The notes below the pieces were generated by a model. It ran no database searches, was not told the origin of the DNA, and was given only the letters and a program-made list of their open reading frames with translations. This document shows, one piece after another, positions 1 to 9,180 of a stretch of 64,000 bases of DNA. The translations under genes and the position numbers were made by a program. The DNA is taken from positions 984 to 64,983 of the forward strand of contig JAGUZN010000220.1 in assembly GCA_020060775.1 (NCBI GenBank). The letters are read 5' to 3'. The DNA is from Armatimonadota bacterium (GTDB lineage: Bacteria; Armatimonadota; Hebobacteria; CAIYQO01). Position 1 is the first letter of the stretch, and each line of letters starts with the position of its first letter.

Positions 1-101
1 ACCAGGTAAGTCAGGTCGTAACCGAGTTCCAACGCTTCCTTGAGGGGCAACTCACAACAGATGACCCGGATGCATTGCCGGTGCTGCAGATCGAGAGGTA
101 A
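1..101 (+). CDS. 3' end of an upstream gene (partial, product unknown). Its stop lies 5 nt upstream of the next start, so it is probably co-transcribed.
   Basis: Open frame from the window edge to TAA at 99-101 (..DDPDALPVLQIER*). The next ATG is at 107. Confidence 0.35.
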   Translation, partial: QVSQVVTEFQRFLEGQLTTDDPDALPVLQIER

Positions 102-106
102 CTCGG

Positions 107-3016
107 ATGATTCAAGCCTGGGTCTTTTCAAAACTGGAACCAGTCAAAGATGACCCGATGGTGGTCGTGCGTGACCCGTTGGGATTGACGGAAGGCATGG
201 AGAACGCATTACATGCCTGGGGTAAAACACACACCTACGCTGTGATCCCTTGTGCGACTAACCTGCTCTTCCGATATAAATATGAAGAAGCACGGGCGGA
301 TGAAACCATTAAGAAAATACTCATCCTTGATCGTACTCCTTTGAGTCGGCGCACACGTCCTGATTATCATCGAGCAGCGGCGCCGTTCTATCCAGATATA
401 TTGGCGCAAACGCGCCCCGAGGCGTGTATCGAACTGGATCTGCGGCAGTTCTTGCGTGAACAAACAAACGATGCGTATTGGCCACAGGAAGTGAATGAGC
501 CACGCCTGGCCCGCCTGCTCATGAAATATCTCGATGGAGCTCTGCGTGCCCATGAGAATCTACGGGCGGCAAGCCCTGATCGTTTCACCGACCAGGATTT
601 AAAAACGATCATCGCTTTTGCGGCTCTCGGTGTACCGGAAGCTGCTTTTAAGAATCTTTCCGCCAGTGAGTATTGGAAGATCGGTCTGCGTGGTCATCAT
701 GAATTGCGCGGGTTGGAGCAGCTCATGCCTGAGATCACCGAGACGATCACCGGCAAACTGAAGAAGGCACCAGCCCCGTTCTGTTGGCTTGCTGATAAAT
801 ATGACCCAGACACGGTGATCCGGGCTTTTTACCTTTCCGTTGTGTTGGCACAGCATGTGACGCACTGGCAAACGCTGCCGGCGAATGTTGATCCGATCTT
901 TGGGCGTATGGGCGGCATCGCCCCCGAGACCTTGCAGGATGCTGCCCCCAAGCTGGTGAGCCTTGATCCGGCACGAGCGCAAAGCGACATTCGCGCGATG
1001 GAAGATAAGTTGACCGTTAAGAATTTGCATTTTCTGCTACTCGAACAGATGCAAATTGAGGCACGGTTCGCTGAGGTGATCGAGAAAGAGCAATACTCGG
1101 AATTATTCCGTTCCCTCTCGCTCATTCTCGCCCTTGATAATCTCTGCTCAACACACCCGACCCAGGAAGCGCAAAAGCGGGTGAGTGAGGCGTTACTGGC
1201 TAAACGTTCACAACGCGCGCTGGTTGACCTTCGCCCTTCAGCGACCTGGAAAATATTACGACAGGCATATCTCCGTGCCGTACGACTTCTCGCCTTGCGT
1301 GGGCAACTTGGCAAATTCGTCAAGGAGCTTGACCAATTGCCGGAAACTACGCAGGTGCTCTATCTGGCGCCCGGTCAAGAAAAAACCGTTGCCTTTCATG
1401 TGAAGCCGGATATTTCACTAGCCACCAATAGTGAGAGAGCTTCAGGGGAGATGCCATGGGCACTTCGGGTGTGCCCGGTATGTTATGAGCGTGGCTTAAT
1501 AGAAGAAATTAGTACGCGATCTGAAAAATTCGGATCGATCCCCGTCTTGGTTAGTTACATATGCGAAAACGGTTGCCAACCACAGAGTGGCGAACGCCTA
1601 CACAACGATCCAGATGACAAAAAGAGAGAGTATTTTAAGAAATATGATGTCGGTAAATTGGCCGAGATAGAAGAAATGGAAATACCATATTGGTATCCGA
1701 GAAATCGCATGATGAATGCCCCTGAAGATCAGGAATGTTGGGGAGTAAAATGGCGCGCTGGAACTAGTAACTTTCGAACTGTCGACGAGTTGTTTACAAA
1801 ACGAAATTTGTGGGCTCTCGCTGTACTCTTCAATGCAGCTTCTCAAGAGCAGACCAGCGATGTGCTTAGGTTTAGACTGGAAGCCATTTTACTAAATTTG
1901 TCTCGTATGCAAGGTAACACTACTGATCCTCGCTTCCCCAATAACATTATTCGAGGGACTTATTATACACCTCAAATTATGCGTGAATACTCAGTTTTGC
2001 CGTGGTATGCCGGTAAGATACGAAATCTAATTGATGGTTATTCTAAATTATACCCTTCATACCAGGGCTTTGGAGAGGTTTGCATTTCTACACAATCTGC
2101 ATGTTCAATGGATGCCATTCCAGATAATTCACTTGATTACATATTCACTGATCCACCGTATGGGGACAAGGTTCAGTATGGAGAACTCAACTTTGTATGG
2201 GAATCATGGATGGGGTGGAATACACTTTGGCATGATGATGAGATCATAATTAATGACGTCCGGGGCAAGACCGAGCTTGATTGGTCTGAAATGATGGAGT
2301 GTGTAATTAAGGAGTGTTACAGAGTCTTAAAGCCTGGTAGATGGCTCACTTTATGCTATCACGACACTTCGGAGGGAACTTGGGCACTTGTCCAGGACCT
2401 GATGAAAAACGCTGGTTTTATAGTGGACGTTTCAGGCAGTACTCTATTTATCGAGACAGAGCAGAAATCGTTCAACCAGCTTACGGCTGATATCGAAGAA
2501 ATGTTCTTTATGGCGCACCGCATCTCAGCGCTAACACACCGGCATCCCAGGAGCCAGATGGCATGCGGTCTCTACTGCATAATGGCAAAAGGCTTGCTGT
2601 ATGGATTGACGCCCGGAGAGGCCTACCGGTTTATGGTCGAACAGGGGCATCGGTGCTACAACGTCACCCCGTTTCAGCAGGAGATGTCCCATTTCGCGCG
2701 CATCCTCTCTGGCGAACTAATCGGTATGCCTATTAACGAGATTGCCTCCAGCGGCTATGTCATACATACGCTGGAGGCCAGTCTGTGGTGCCTGCTCACA
2801 ACAGGCTCATTCGAGGATGCTGTATTGACGGCGGTGAACCTGGGCGACGATACCGATACGACGGGATGCGTTGCCGGCGGGCTTGCTGGCGTGAGTTACG
2901 GAGATCATGCAATTAATGCTACCTGGTTATCAGTTATTGTCCGGTCATCTGATATGCGAGCGCTGTCGCAGCACTTTCTGGCAGTGATACCGCAAGAGAT
3001 CGGTATAGGAGTGTAG
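107..3016 (+). CDS. Large multidomain protein. N-terminal region of about 430 aa is unassigned. Then a Cys-rich Zn-ribbon (CPVCYERG..CENGC), a beta-class amino-methyltransferase domain (N6A/N4C DNA MTase-like), and the C-terminal half of an ADP-ribosylglycohydrolase (ARH) fold.
   Basis: MTase motif IV 'SLDYIFTDPPYG' followed by 'RVLKPGRWLTLCYH', which resembles the AdoMet/FxGxG-region context of beta-class MTases. The C-terminus 'GYVIHTLEASLWCLLTTGSFEDAVLTAVNLGDDTDTTGCVAGGLAGVSYG' matches the conserved C-terminal metal-binding segment of the ARH/DraG family. The MTase segment (about 1500-2500) is visibly AT-richer than the flanking parts of the same ORF. Confidence 0.7.
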   Translation: MIQAWVFSKLEPVKDDPMVVVRDPLGLTEGMENALHAWGKTHTYAVIPCATNLLFRYKYEEARADETIKKILILDRTPLSRRTRPDYHRAAAPFYPDILAQTRPEACIELDLRQFLREQTNDAYWPQEVNEPRLARLLMKYLDGALRAHENLRAASPDRFTDQDLKTIIAFAALGVPEAAFKNLSASEYWKIGLRGHHELRGLEQLMPEITETITGKLKKAPAPFCWLADKYDPDTVIRAFYLSVVLAQHVTHWQTLPANVDPIFGRMGGIAPETLQDAAPKLVSLDPARAQSDIRAMEDKLTVKNLHFLLLEQMQIEARFAEVIEKEQYSELFRSLSLILALDNLCSTHPTQEAQKRVSEALLAKRSQRALVDLRPSATWKILRQAYLRAVRLLALRGQLGKFVKELDQLPETTQVLYLAPGQEKTVAFHVKPDISLATNSERASGEMPWALRVCPVCYERGLIEEISTRSEKFGSIPVLVSYICENGCQPQSGERLHNDPDDKKREYFKKYDVGKLAEIEEMEIPYWYPRNRMMNAPEDQECWGVKWRAGTSNFRTVDELFTKRNLWALAVLFNAASQEQTSDVLRFRLEAILLNLSRMQGNTTDPRFPNNIIRGTYYTPQIMREYSVLPWYAGKIRNLIDGYSKLYPSYQGFGEVCISTQSACSMDAIPDNSLDYIFTDPPYGDKVQYGELNFVWESWMGWNTLWHDDEIIINDVRGKTELDWSEMMECVIKECYRVLKPGRWLTLCYHDTSEGTWALVQDLMKNAGFIVDVSGSTLFIETEQKSFNQLTADIEEMFFMAHRISALTHRHPRSQMACGLYCIMAKGLLYGLTPGEAYRFMVEQGHRCYNVTPFQQEMSHFARILSGELIGMPINEIASSGYVIHTLEASLWCLLTTGSFEDAVLTAVNLGDDTDTTGCVAGGLAGVSYGDHAINATWLSVIVRSSDMRALSQHFLAVIPQEIGIGV

Positions 3017-3314
3017 GTCTGCCTCCGTTGATGTGGAACACTCATCGCTCTTATAGCGACAGCTTGCCCTTATTTATCCGTAGGGGGACGTCAATATCAA
3101 TTACTCGCGCTCGAAGACACTGCTCTGCATATGGTTGAAGATAGGCACGAATCGGTCATTTAGCTAATCCGACAGGCACTATAAACGACGTATCCATTGA
3201 TATTGCGGAGTCTCACGAAATCATTGCTGGTTTTGGACCTTAGGCGTATACTTGCTCTGTTGGGCAAGTAGCGTTTGGGTGCAAGCCATAGTAATCGGCT
3301 AATGGCGCTATTCT

Positions 3315-4388
3315 TTGAAAGGCGTGGAGCAGACCGTGGCAAAGTTGTTCATGAACGGCCTACAGCTAATTCTATCTTCCGATAGCTTCACTGCATACGA
3401 GGCAGAAATGCCCGAAGATGGTAGCTTGCGGAAACTGCGCGACCGATATGGCGACGGGTGGTTTTTCCATCGTCAAGGTAATAAGGTATATGGTTTTCCA
3501 CAAGTCGATCGTCCTACCATCCCATTTGGCACGTCCGTAGCATTAAAATGCCAAGAAAACCTTTCTATGCTAGCTGCGGTAGTCGGTGATATTATAGGAC
3601 GACGTCGATTCGGAGGCCAGGTATTATTCCGTCATCGTGGTGCGGAGTTCATCAGTAGTACAAAGGAACTCATCAGTGATGTCGCCAAACAAATGCCGGA
3701 TCTTCCCGACATAGTCAAGTTATTCAAAGCTTATCCACGTTTTACTTTAGAGGCAAAAGTCCTTGAGCTACGCGATGGCGATGGTGGGATCGGGTTATTC
3801 GTTACGTTGGGAAGCAGGTGGCGTATCGAAGCACCTCTCCACGATCTGTTGAGTAAAGGTATTGACCTTCAAGGTATGTACGTCGTTCGAAGGTATCCCG
3901 AGAAAGGCCAGCGGAGGCTTGTTGGTAGAATCTCCTGCATTGATAAAGGAACCGTCAAATTGCTAGAGTCATTCGACGGTACGGCTGAGATTGCGTGCGA
4001 CGACGTGTGGCTTGAAGGGAATAGAGAAAATTTTGCCTATTGCTTGAAGCACTTACTGAAGGCGCGTTACCTATCATTTGAGACTAAGCGTAGGGAAATA
4101 GAAGACCAGTTATTGTCGGGGCCTAAATTTCAGACAACGATACAAAGCATTGCACAGTCATTTACAAATAAGCCTCCCATGCAACTCACTCCTGATCTCC
4201 AGTGCATTGTTGGCGATATGATTTCCGTGAAAAATTTCGGCGGATACTGCACTGTGCGTGCCGCTTCTCCAGTGCAATGTTGCTATGATGCTGCACGGAC
4301 GCAACGGATGGAGTATCCCTGGAAAGGGATCGAAAATTTGGTCCGTTTAGTCGTGACACCTTTACAAGAAAATCACCGACGATACTAG
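3315..4388 (+). CDS. Hypothetical protein encoded immediately upstream of the short pAgo. It is a candidate pAgo partner (APAZ or N/PAZ-analogous half), but no motif is recognised.
   Basis: 357-aa ORF (TTG/alternative start at 3315, or ATG at 3351). Its stop at 4386-4388 lies 2 nt before the pAgo start. Its size plus the 404-aa MID-PIWI gives about 760 aa, roughly a long pAgo. Confidence 0.5.
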   Translation: MKGVEQTVAKLFMNGLQLILSSDSFTAYEAEMPEDGSLRKLRDRYGDGWFFHRQGNKVYGFPQVDRPTIPFGTSVALKCQENLSMLAAVVGDIIGRRRFGGQVLFRHRGAEFISSTKELISDVAKQMPDLPDIVKLFKAYPRFTLEAKVLELRDGDGGIGLFVTLGSRWRIEAPLHDLLSKGIDLQGMYVVRRYPEKGQRRLVGRISCIDKGTVKLLESFDGTAEIACDDVWLEGNRENFAYCLKHLLKARYLSFETKRREIEDQLLSGPKFQTTIQSIAQSFTNKPPMQLTPDLQCIVGDMISVKNFGGYCTVRAASPVQCCYDAARTQRMEYPWKGIENLVRLVVTPLQENHRRY

Positions 4389-4390
4389 TT

Positions 4391-5605
4391 GTGTTCCCCG
4401 ATAGTGAACAAGGACCTGTTGAACGATTCCTTCGTTCGTTTCGCGACGGGATATCGTCGTCAGCCTTTGCATCTGGCTTTGTCAGGAACTTTTCTCTCGT
4501 CAACTTAAAGATTGAAAAGGTGCGAGTACCCTGGCTGGGGAAAGGGAGTCAGGCTCCTGCGCAAGCGTATAGAAAGGCGATAGATGATTACTTGGCATCC
4601 GCAGATTCGGTGCCAGATGCTGGGATCGTCATTCTCCTAGACGAACATGCCAAACTTCCCGATGCGGTAAACCCGTATCTACATGCTAAATCATCATTGC
4701 TCACGGCAGGTGTCCCGGTCCAGGAACTACGGGTGCCGACTATCAAGCAAGCTGACACATCGCTTTCCTATACCCTGCGTAACATCGCTCTCGCTCTGTA
4801 TGCAAAAATGGGGGGAACCCCATGGACAGTCGACCAGGATATGACGATCAGCGATGAACTGGTGATTGGCATGGGGAGCTGCGCACTCGCAGAGAGCCGT
4901 TTTATAGAGCGTGAAAGATATGTTGGCATCACTACCGTCTTTCGAGGAGATGGCAGCTACCTACTGGGGAACATCTCCAAAGAATGTCCGTACCGTGAAT
5001 ATCCGCAAGTTCTGGAGAGCGAAACTATATCTGTATTGAATGAAATCAAATATCGGAACGGTTGGCGTCCCGGTGATACCGTGCGGATCATATTTCACAC
5101 CTACAAACCATTAAAAAATATCGAGGTAGAAGCGATTGCTGCCAAGTGTGTGCAAGCTATCAGCGGTGAGCAGAATATCGAGTTTGCATTCCTCACGATT
5201 TCTCATGATCACCCTTTTAGACTTTTTGATATCGACCAGCAAGGTATCAAGGGTACGAAAGGCATCTATGTTCCCCAGAGGGGAATTATTATGCAGCTTG
5301 GACGATACACTAGGTTGCTTTGTACAACAGGACCAGAGTTAGTCAAACGTGAAGGATTGCCTTTGCCAGCACCTCTGCTTGTTCATCTGCATCCTGCATC
5401 AACCTACCGTTCATTAGATTACCTAGCTGAACAAGTATTGAAATTTACTGCGCTCTCGTGGCGTTCGACATTGCCTGCGCCGAAACCAGTAACAATCTTT
5501 TACTCTGACCTGATTGCGCAATTCCTGGGTCGCTTACAGCGTATTCCTGATTGGTCTCCGGCAACTCTAAACGCAAAATTACGTGCGAGTCGGTGGTTTC
5601 TATGA
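4391..5605 (+). CDS. Short prokaryotic Argonaute (MID-PIWI), predicted catalytically inactive.
   Basis: PIWI hallmarks: 'NIALALYAKMGGTPW' (K-x-GG-x-PW motif), 'RIIFHTYKP' (counterpart of the 'IIFYRDG' motif, with the Asp lost) and 'AFLTISHDHPFRLF' (counterpart of 'VVQKRHHTRLF'). The first catalytic Asp position reads 'GMGSC' instead of 'GADVxH', so the DEDX tetrad is incomplete. The N-terminal 'NPYLHAK..VPVQEL' resembles the Y-K-Q 5'-end binding residues of a MID domain. Confidence 0.72.
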   Translation: MFPDSEQGPVERFLRSFRDGISSSAFASGFVRNFSLVNLKIEKVRVPWLGKGSQAPAQAYRKAIDDYLASADSVPDAGIVILLDEHAKLPDAVNPYLHAKSSLLTAGVPVQELRVPTIKQADTSLSYTLRNIALALYAKMGGTPWTVDQDMTISDELVIGMGSCALAESRFIERERYVGITTVFRGDGSYLLGNISKECPYREYPQVLESETISVLNEIKYRNGWRPGDTVRIIFHTYKPLKNIEVEAIAAKCVQAISGEQNIEFAFLTISHDHPFRLFDIDQQGIKGTKGIYVPQRGIIMQLGRYTRLLCTTGPELVKREGLPLPAPLLVHLHPASTYRSLDYLAEQVLKFTALSWRSTLPAPKPVTIFYSDLIAQFLGRLQRIPDWSPATLNAKLRASRWFL

Positions 5606-6843
5606 CGACGTATTTGTCAGGAGTATATGCTCAGCAACTTAGTACCCTAGCGACACATATCGCTGATGATGCAGTGTGGCCATCTCCGTACGCCGGGTTT
5701 CTTTACTATCTGTGTAACAAATACGATCAGCAGTTTCTGGCACCTTTGATTAACCCTTCACCGCCATGTGTTGAGCTCGGGCGGCTTTACGAGGCACCGA
5801 TTCTTGCATCAGCAGGATATTTATTCGCGCTTAACCATCCTGTAGTTCGTGCAAGTTCCGAAGCTTGGCATATTGGGTTTCAACGGCTTGCTGGGCGCGA
5901 TCCCTTCCCAATTGACCGCCAGTCATTCGTATATCGTCCAATAGAACTGCTTGGTATTACACTTGGAGTGAAGCACTGCCCTAATACTACGCAGGCAGAG
6001 ATTGATTGGCTTATAAATGTGCTACAGAGTGCTGAAAGCCGGCTGAAGAGTGCGTCCTGTTGGCAGTACCTGCTTGGTATGTATGCTTCACGACTACTGG
6101 GTAATTCCTGGGCAAAGCGTTCCTGGGATATTGGGCAATTCCCTGTGGATGACTTGAGCATCGTGGTATGGCTGTGCGCCAATACTCCTGATTTAGCGTT
6201 TGAATTCGGTGTAGACCAATTATACAAGCAAGCAGAGGAATCATTACTGACCCAGTGTGCAAAAACGGAGGTTACCATCCCAGATCCCGCACGTGCTGCA
6301 ATACTCTACTCTAGTCTTGACCGAGCTGTGAGCCGGAGTATTGAATCAGAGCACGAGCGCAATTGGCAAATAGGCCGTGATCAAGCCGATGCCCTCTCAA
6401 TCGTTATCACGTTATGCCGTAGATTTGATTTGTGTGTAAGGCAACTCCAACGTAGGCAGCGAAGTCGCAATCCTTTCACTGTACAAGATGAGTATGATGT
6501 CCAAGACCTGATGCATGCTTTGTTGAAGTTACACTTTGATGATGTTCGTCCCGAGGAGTGGACACCGTCATATGCTGGCAACGCATCACGCGTCGATTTT
6601 TTGCTTAAACGAGAGATGATCGTTGTTGAGGTAAAGATGACTCGCGATAGCCTAGCTCAACGTGAGCTAGCGGACCAATTAATTATTGATAAAGAGCGGT
6701 ATCGATCACATTCTGACTGCCGTATACTGGTGTGTTTTGTTTATGATCCGGAGCATCGCTGCACGAACCCGGCAGCATTGGAGAATGACCTCAGCGAGCA
6801 GATCGGTCTATTTAGGGTTGAAGCAATCGTCTCACCTGCGTAG
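5602..6843 (+). CDS. PD-(D/E)xK nuclease-like protein (restriction-endonuclease fold at the C-terminus). Candidate effector of the pAgo operon.
   Basis: Its ATG (5602-5604) overlaps the pAgo stop codon (TGA at 5603-5605) in an ATGA arrangement. C-terminal 'EYDVQDL..SRVDFLLKREMIVVEVK' gives an E...D...E-x-K arrangement typical of Mrr/DUF4365-like nucleases. Confidence 0.55.
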   Translation: MTTYLSGVYAQQLSTLATHIADDAVWPSPYAGFLYYLCNKYDQQFLAPLINPSPPCVELGRLYEAPILASAGYLFALNHPVVRASSEAWHIGFQRLAGRDPFPIDRQSFVYRPIELLGITLGVKHCPNTTQAEIDWLINVLQSAESRLKSASCWQYLLGMYASRLLGNSWAKRSWDIGQFPVDDLSIVVWLCANTPDLAFEFGVDQLYKQAEESLLTQCAKTEVTIPDPARAAILYSSLDRAVSRSIESEHERNWQIGRDQADALSIVITLCRRFDLCVRQLQRRQRSRNPFTVQDEYDVQDLMHALLKLHFDDVRPEEWTPSYAGNASRVDFLLKREMIVVEVKMTRDSLAQRELADQLIIDKERYRSHSDCRILVCFVYDPEHRCTNPAALENDLSEQIGLFRVEAIVSPA

Positions 6844-7290
6844 GTCTGCGGAGCAATGTTATGCAAATGCAATTCGTCGTACATCCGAGAACGTATGAGA
6901 TCAACGGCTATTTCTTTCAAGTGCTGTCATGTTGCGCGTTGACTGATGGGCAGGCAGCTAATGCTGCCATGCATTTTTATCAAACACATAAGCTAAAGAA
7001 GAAAGACAAAGGAAAATTAATTAAAGTCATAACGAGCCCTGATACGGATACTGCAGGAATCTTTGGGTAGCACGGCTACCTATGACTACAGATACGCCAA
7101 CCTAAGTTATGCAACGTGATCTGAAGGAAGCATTCAGCAGTATTACCAGGTTACTCCTACATGAGCGTGAGGAGTATTCATTAGGTCGGTCCAAAGACCG
7201 TGCTGATATTTTAAGCGCAGGGTCTCCAATTCCCTCATGGCAGCCCCTGCGACCATTACCTATGTGGATGGTCCTTCACTTATTTGATAC

Positions 7291-8298
7291 TTACAGATCA
7301 AGCAATGATGCCGAATTCTCTTGAAACAACACCCCCATGCGGATATACCGCTGCACCATCACATTCGACCGATGACCGGTCTGCTGCATGATAGATCGCT
7401 CGTTTGCACCTGCACGGGCGGCGGCGGTGCAGTGGCCGGCGCGCAGGGAGTGACCGCTGTAGCGTTTCGGATCAAGGCCGATCTCTTTCACCATCTTCTT
7501 GATGAGATTGGCGACGGCACGATCCGATAAGCGCTCACTGCAGAGTTTGTCATGACGGTTGATGCCGCGGAAGAGGGCGCCGCCGGTAATCCCGCTGGAT
7601 TCCAGCCAGGATTTCAAGGCACGCACTGGACAGGTTTCTTCATGAGTGCCAAATGGTATGGCGACCCAACGCCCTTCACCTTCTTGATCTGTTTTTGATC
7701 GGCGGAGGCAGATAACGACTCCTTCCTCCCTGAAGGTCAGGTCGGCGACATCAAAGGCGACCAACTCGGAGCGCCGGAAGGCGCCAGCGTATCCCAGGAG
7801 TAGCAGTGCGCGGTCCCGCCGGCCTTTCAATGTCTCTGGTAATACCGCCATGATGCGTCTCATGTCATCGGTCATCAAGGCATCGACCTGGCGGGCGGTG
7901 ACGCCGATCCGCCGGCGAATGCCGCGCATGACGGCCCGCACGGCGGCGTGTTGGGTGGGGGAGGGGTGGCCAGCGTGTTGGTGGATGGCGCTGATGGCGG
8001 CCATATAGCGCGAGAGCGTGCTGTACTTGTGGTCGGTCGTCGCCATCGCCGTCATGTAGCAGGCAATCGTCTCAGGGCTGGCCGGCATCGACGGCAAGTG
8101 GTATTGTTCGCACCAGGCCACGAACTGCTGCCAATCCCGCTCGTAGGCCTCCCGCGTGTGTTGCGAGATACCTTCCTCGATGAACTCCTGGACTTGCTCG
8201 ATCAGTGGAACGAGAAGGGTGTGATCGGGGTGCTGGTTGGCACTGGGCCCGATCCGGGCAGGCAGTGATGCTGGCTGGGTGATGGGAGCCTGATCCAT
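7291..8298 (-). CDS. Tyrosine site-specific recombinase (phage-type integrase).
   Basis: C-terminal catalytic box 'HSLRAGHCTAAARAGANERSIMQQTGHRSNVMVQRYI' (R..H-x-x-R...Y). The N-terminal SAM-like core-binding region is present. Confidence 0.85.
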   Translation of the reverse strand: MDQAPITQPASLPARIGPSANQHPDHTLLVPLIEQVQEFIEEGISQHTREAYERDWQQFVAWCEQYHLPSMPASPETIACYMTAMATTDHKYSTLSRYMAAISAIHQHAGHPSPTQHAAVRAVMRGIRRRIGVTARQVDALMTDDMRRIMAVLPETLKGRRDRALLLLGYAGAFRRSELVAFDVADLTFREEGVVICLRRSKTDQEGEGRWVAIPFGTHEETCPVRALKSWLESSGITGGALFRGINRHDKLCSERLSDRAVANLIKKMVKEIGLDPKRYSGHSLRAGHCTAAARAGANERSIMQQTGHRSNVMVQRYIRMGVLFQENSASLLDL

Positions 8299-8561
8299 TA
8301 ACTGAGTCTTATCGGAAGCTAGAATAGCTTCGAGCTCAGAATAGAGTCAAGTCGCGCCAGTTCAATCCTAAATGTGTTCCCCCTCGGGCTGTCCCCAGCC
8401 GTCATCCTCTGCATTTTCTACCCGAAATGCCTCTAGGCGAGTACGTTTGGCTACACATTTTGCCCTGGAGGTGCCATGTGTTCACGACAGATCGGTTTCT
8501 AGCTTCCGTTAAGACTCAGATATGAGCTACAACGTGTCTGGTAACACCGGTAGGGGGCAGG

Positions 8562-8927
8562 GTGCGTAATACGTTACTTTTAGTTGGTGGCGGCGAATTA
8601 TCAACGCTCATCTACAAGCCTGCCCTGGAGGACGCCAATTTTCAGGTAATCCTTACGCCTGATGCACGGGTGGCAGTGCAAATGGTCATACAGTACCATG
8701 CTCAAAGTATTCTCATTGATGATTCGATTCAGCCCAGTCAAGCTGAGGAAATCATCACCAATATCCATCAACTCACCCCAACAGTTAAGAGCATTTTGCT
8801 CTGTGATGGCGATAATATCAGTGATAATGCTCTCCAGTACCTGTTTGATGGCATATATCAGAAAAGCTGGCCATTACCAGTTTTAGTCACACTGGTTCGT
8901 TTTCTTCTGTGTCAGCAGGAGTCCTAA
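8562..8927 (+). CDS. CheY-like receiver-domain protein (stand-alone, possibly degenerate).
   Basis: 121 aa. 'LLVGGG..' start, 'ILIDDSI' acidic pocket and alternating beta/alpha pattern. Weak. Confidence 0.35.
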   Translation: MRNTLLLVGGGELSTLIYKPALEDANFQVILTPDARVAVQMVIQYHAQSILIDDSIQPSQAEEIITNIHQLTPTVKSILLCDGDNISDNALQYLFDGIYQKSWPLPVLVTLVRFLLCQQES

Positions 8928-9095
8928 GCAACCCGGCGTTTGCTAGAGTGGAAGAATGGGAAGCTTGACAATCCAAGCTGAAGAGCGTATCGTTTCACCA
9001 TATTAATGCATACCTCAACTATGTCCGAGATGCATATCGCCGTCTGCATTACCTGGGAGACATAACCGTCGCATCCGGGCACGCTGCGCTTTTTT

Positions 9096-9133
9096 CACCT
9101 CTTCCCGGATGCCGGGAAGGGGTTTTCTTTTTC
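9096..9133 (+). terminator. GC hairpin plus T-tract (intrinsic-terminator-like). One of two near-identical hairpin motifs in the window.
   Basis: cacctCTTCCCGGatgcCGGGAAGgggTTTTCTTTTTC: perfect 8-bp stem, 4-nt loop, U-run. Confidence 0.45.
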
Positions 9134-9180
9134 AGGGGGTCCGTTTGATTGCGCTTCGAGGCGATACCCGCTTGTTGCCT

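Noticed and set aside
8299-8561. Expected a tRNA/tmRNA integration target next to the integrase.
   Set aside because: Scanning the integrase flanks (6850..7290 and 8299..8561) by eye showed no cloverleaf-compatible sequence or GTTCGAATC-type T-arm. Absence in hand analysis is not proof, and the target may lie outside the window.
9109-9180. ATG at 9109 as start of the nucleotidyltransferase ORF.
   Set aside because: That ATG lies inside the 9096..9133 terminator-like hairpin, and the first about 25 residues are non-conserved. A downstream TTG/GTG start just before the conserved GS..D.D motif is more plausible.
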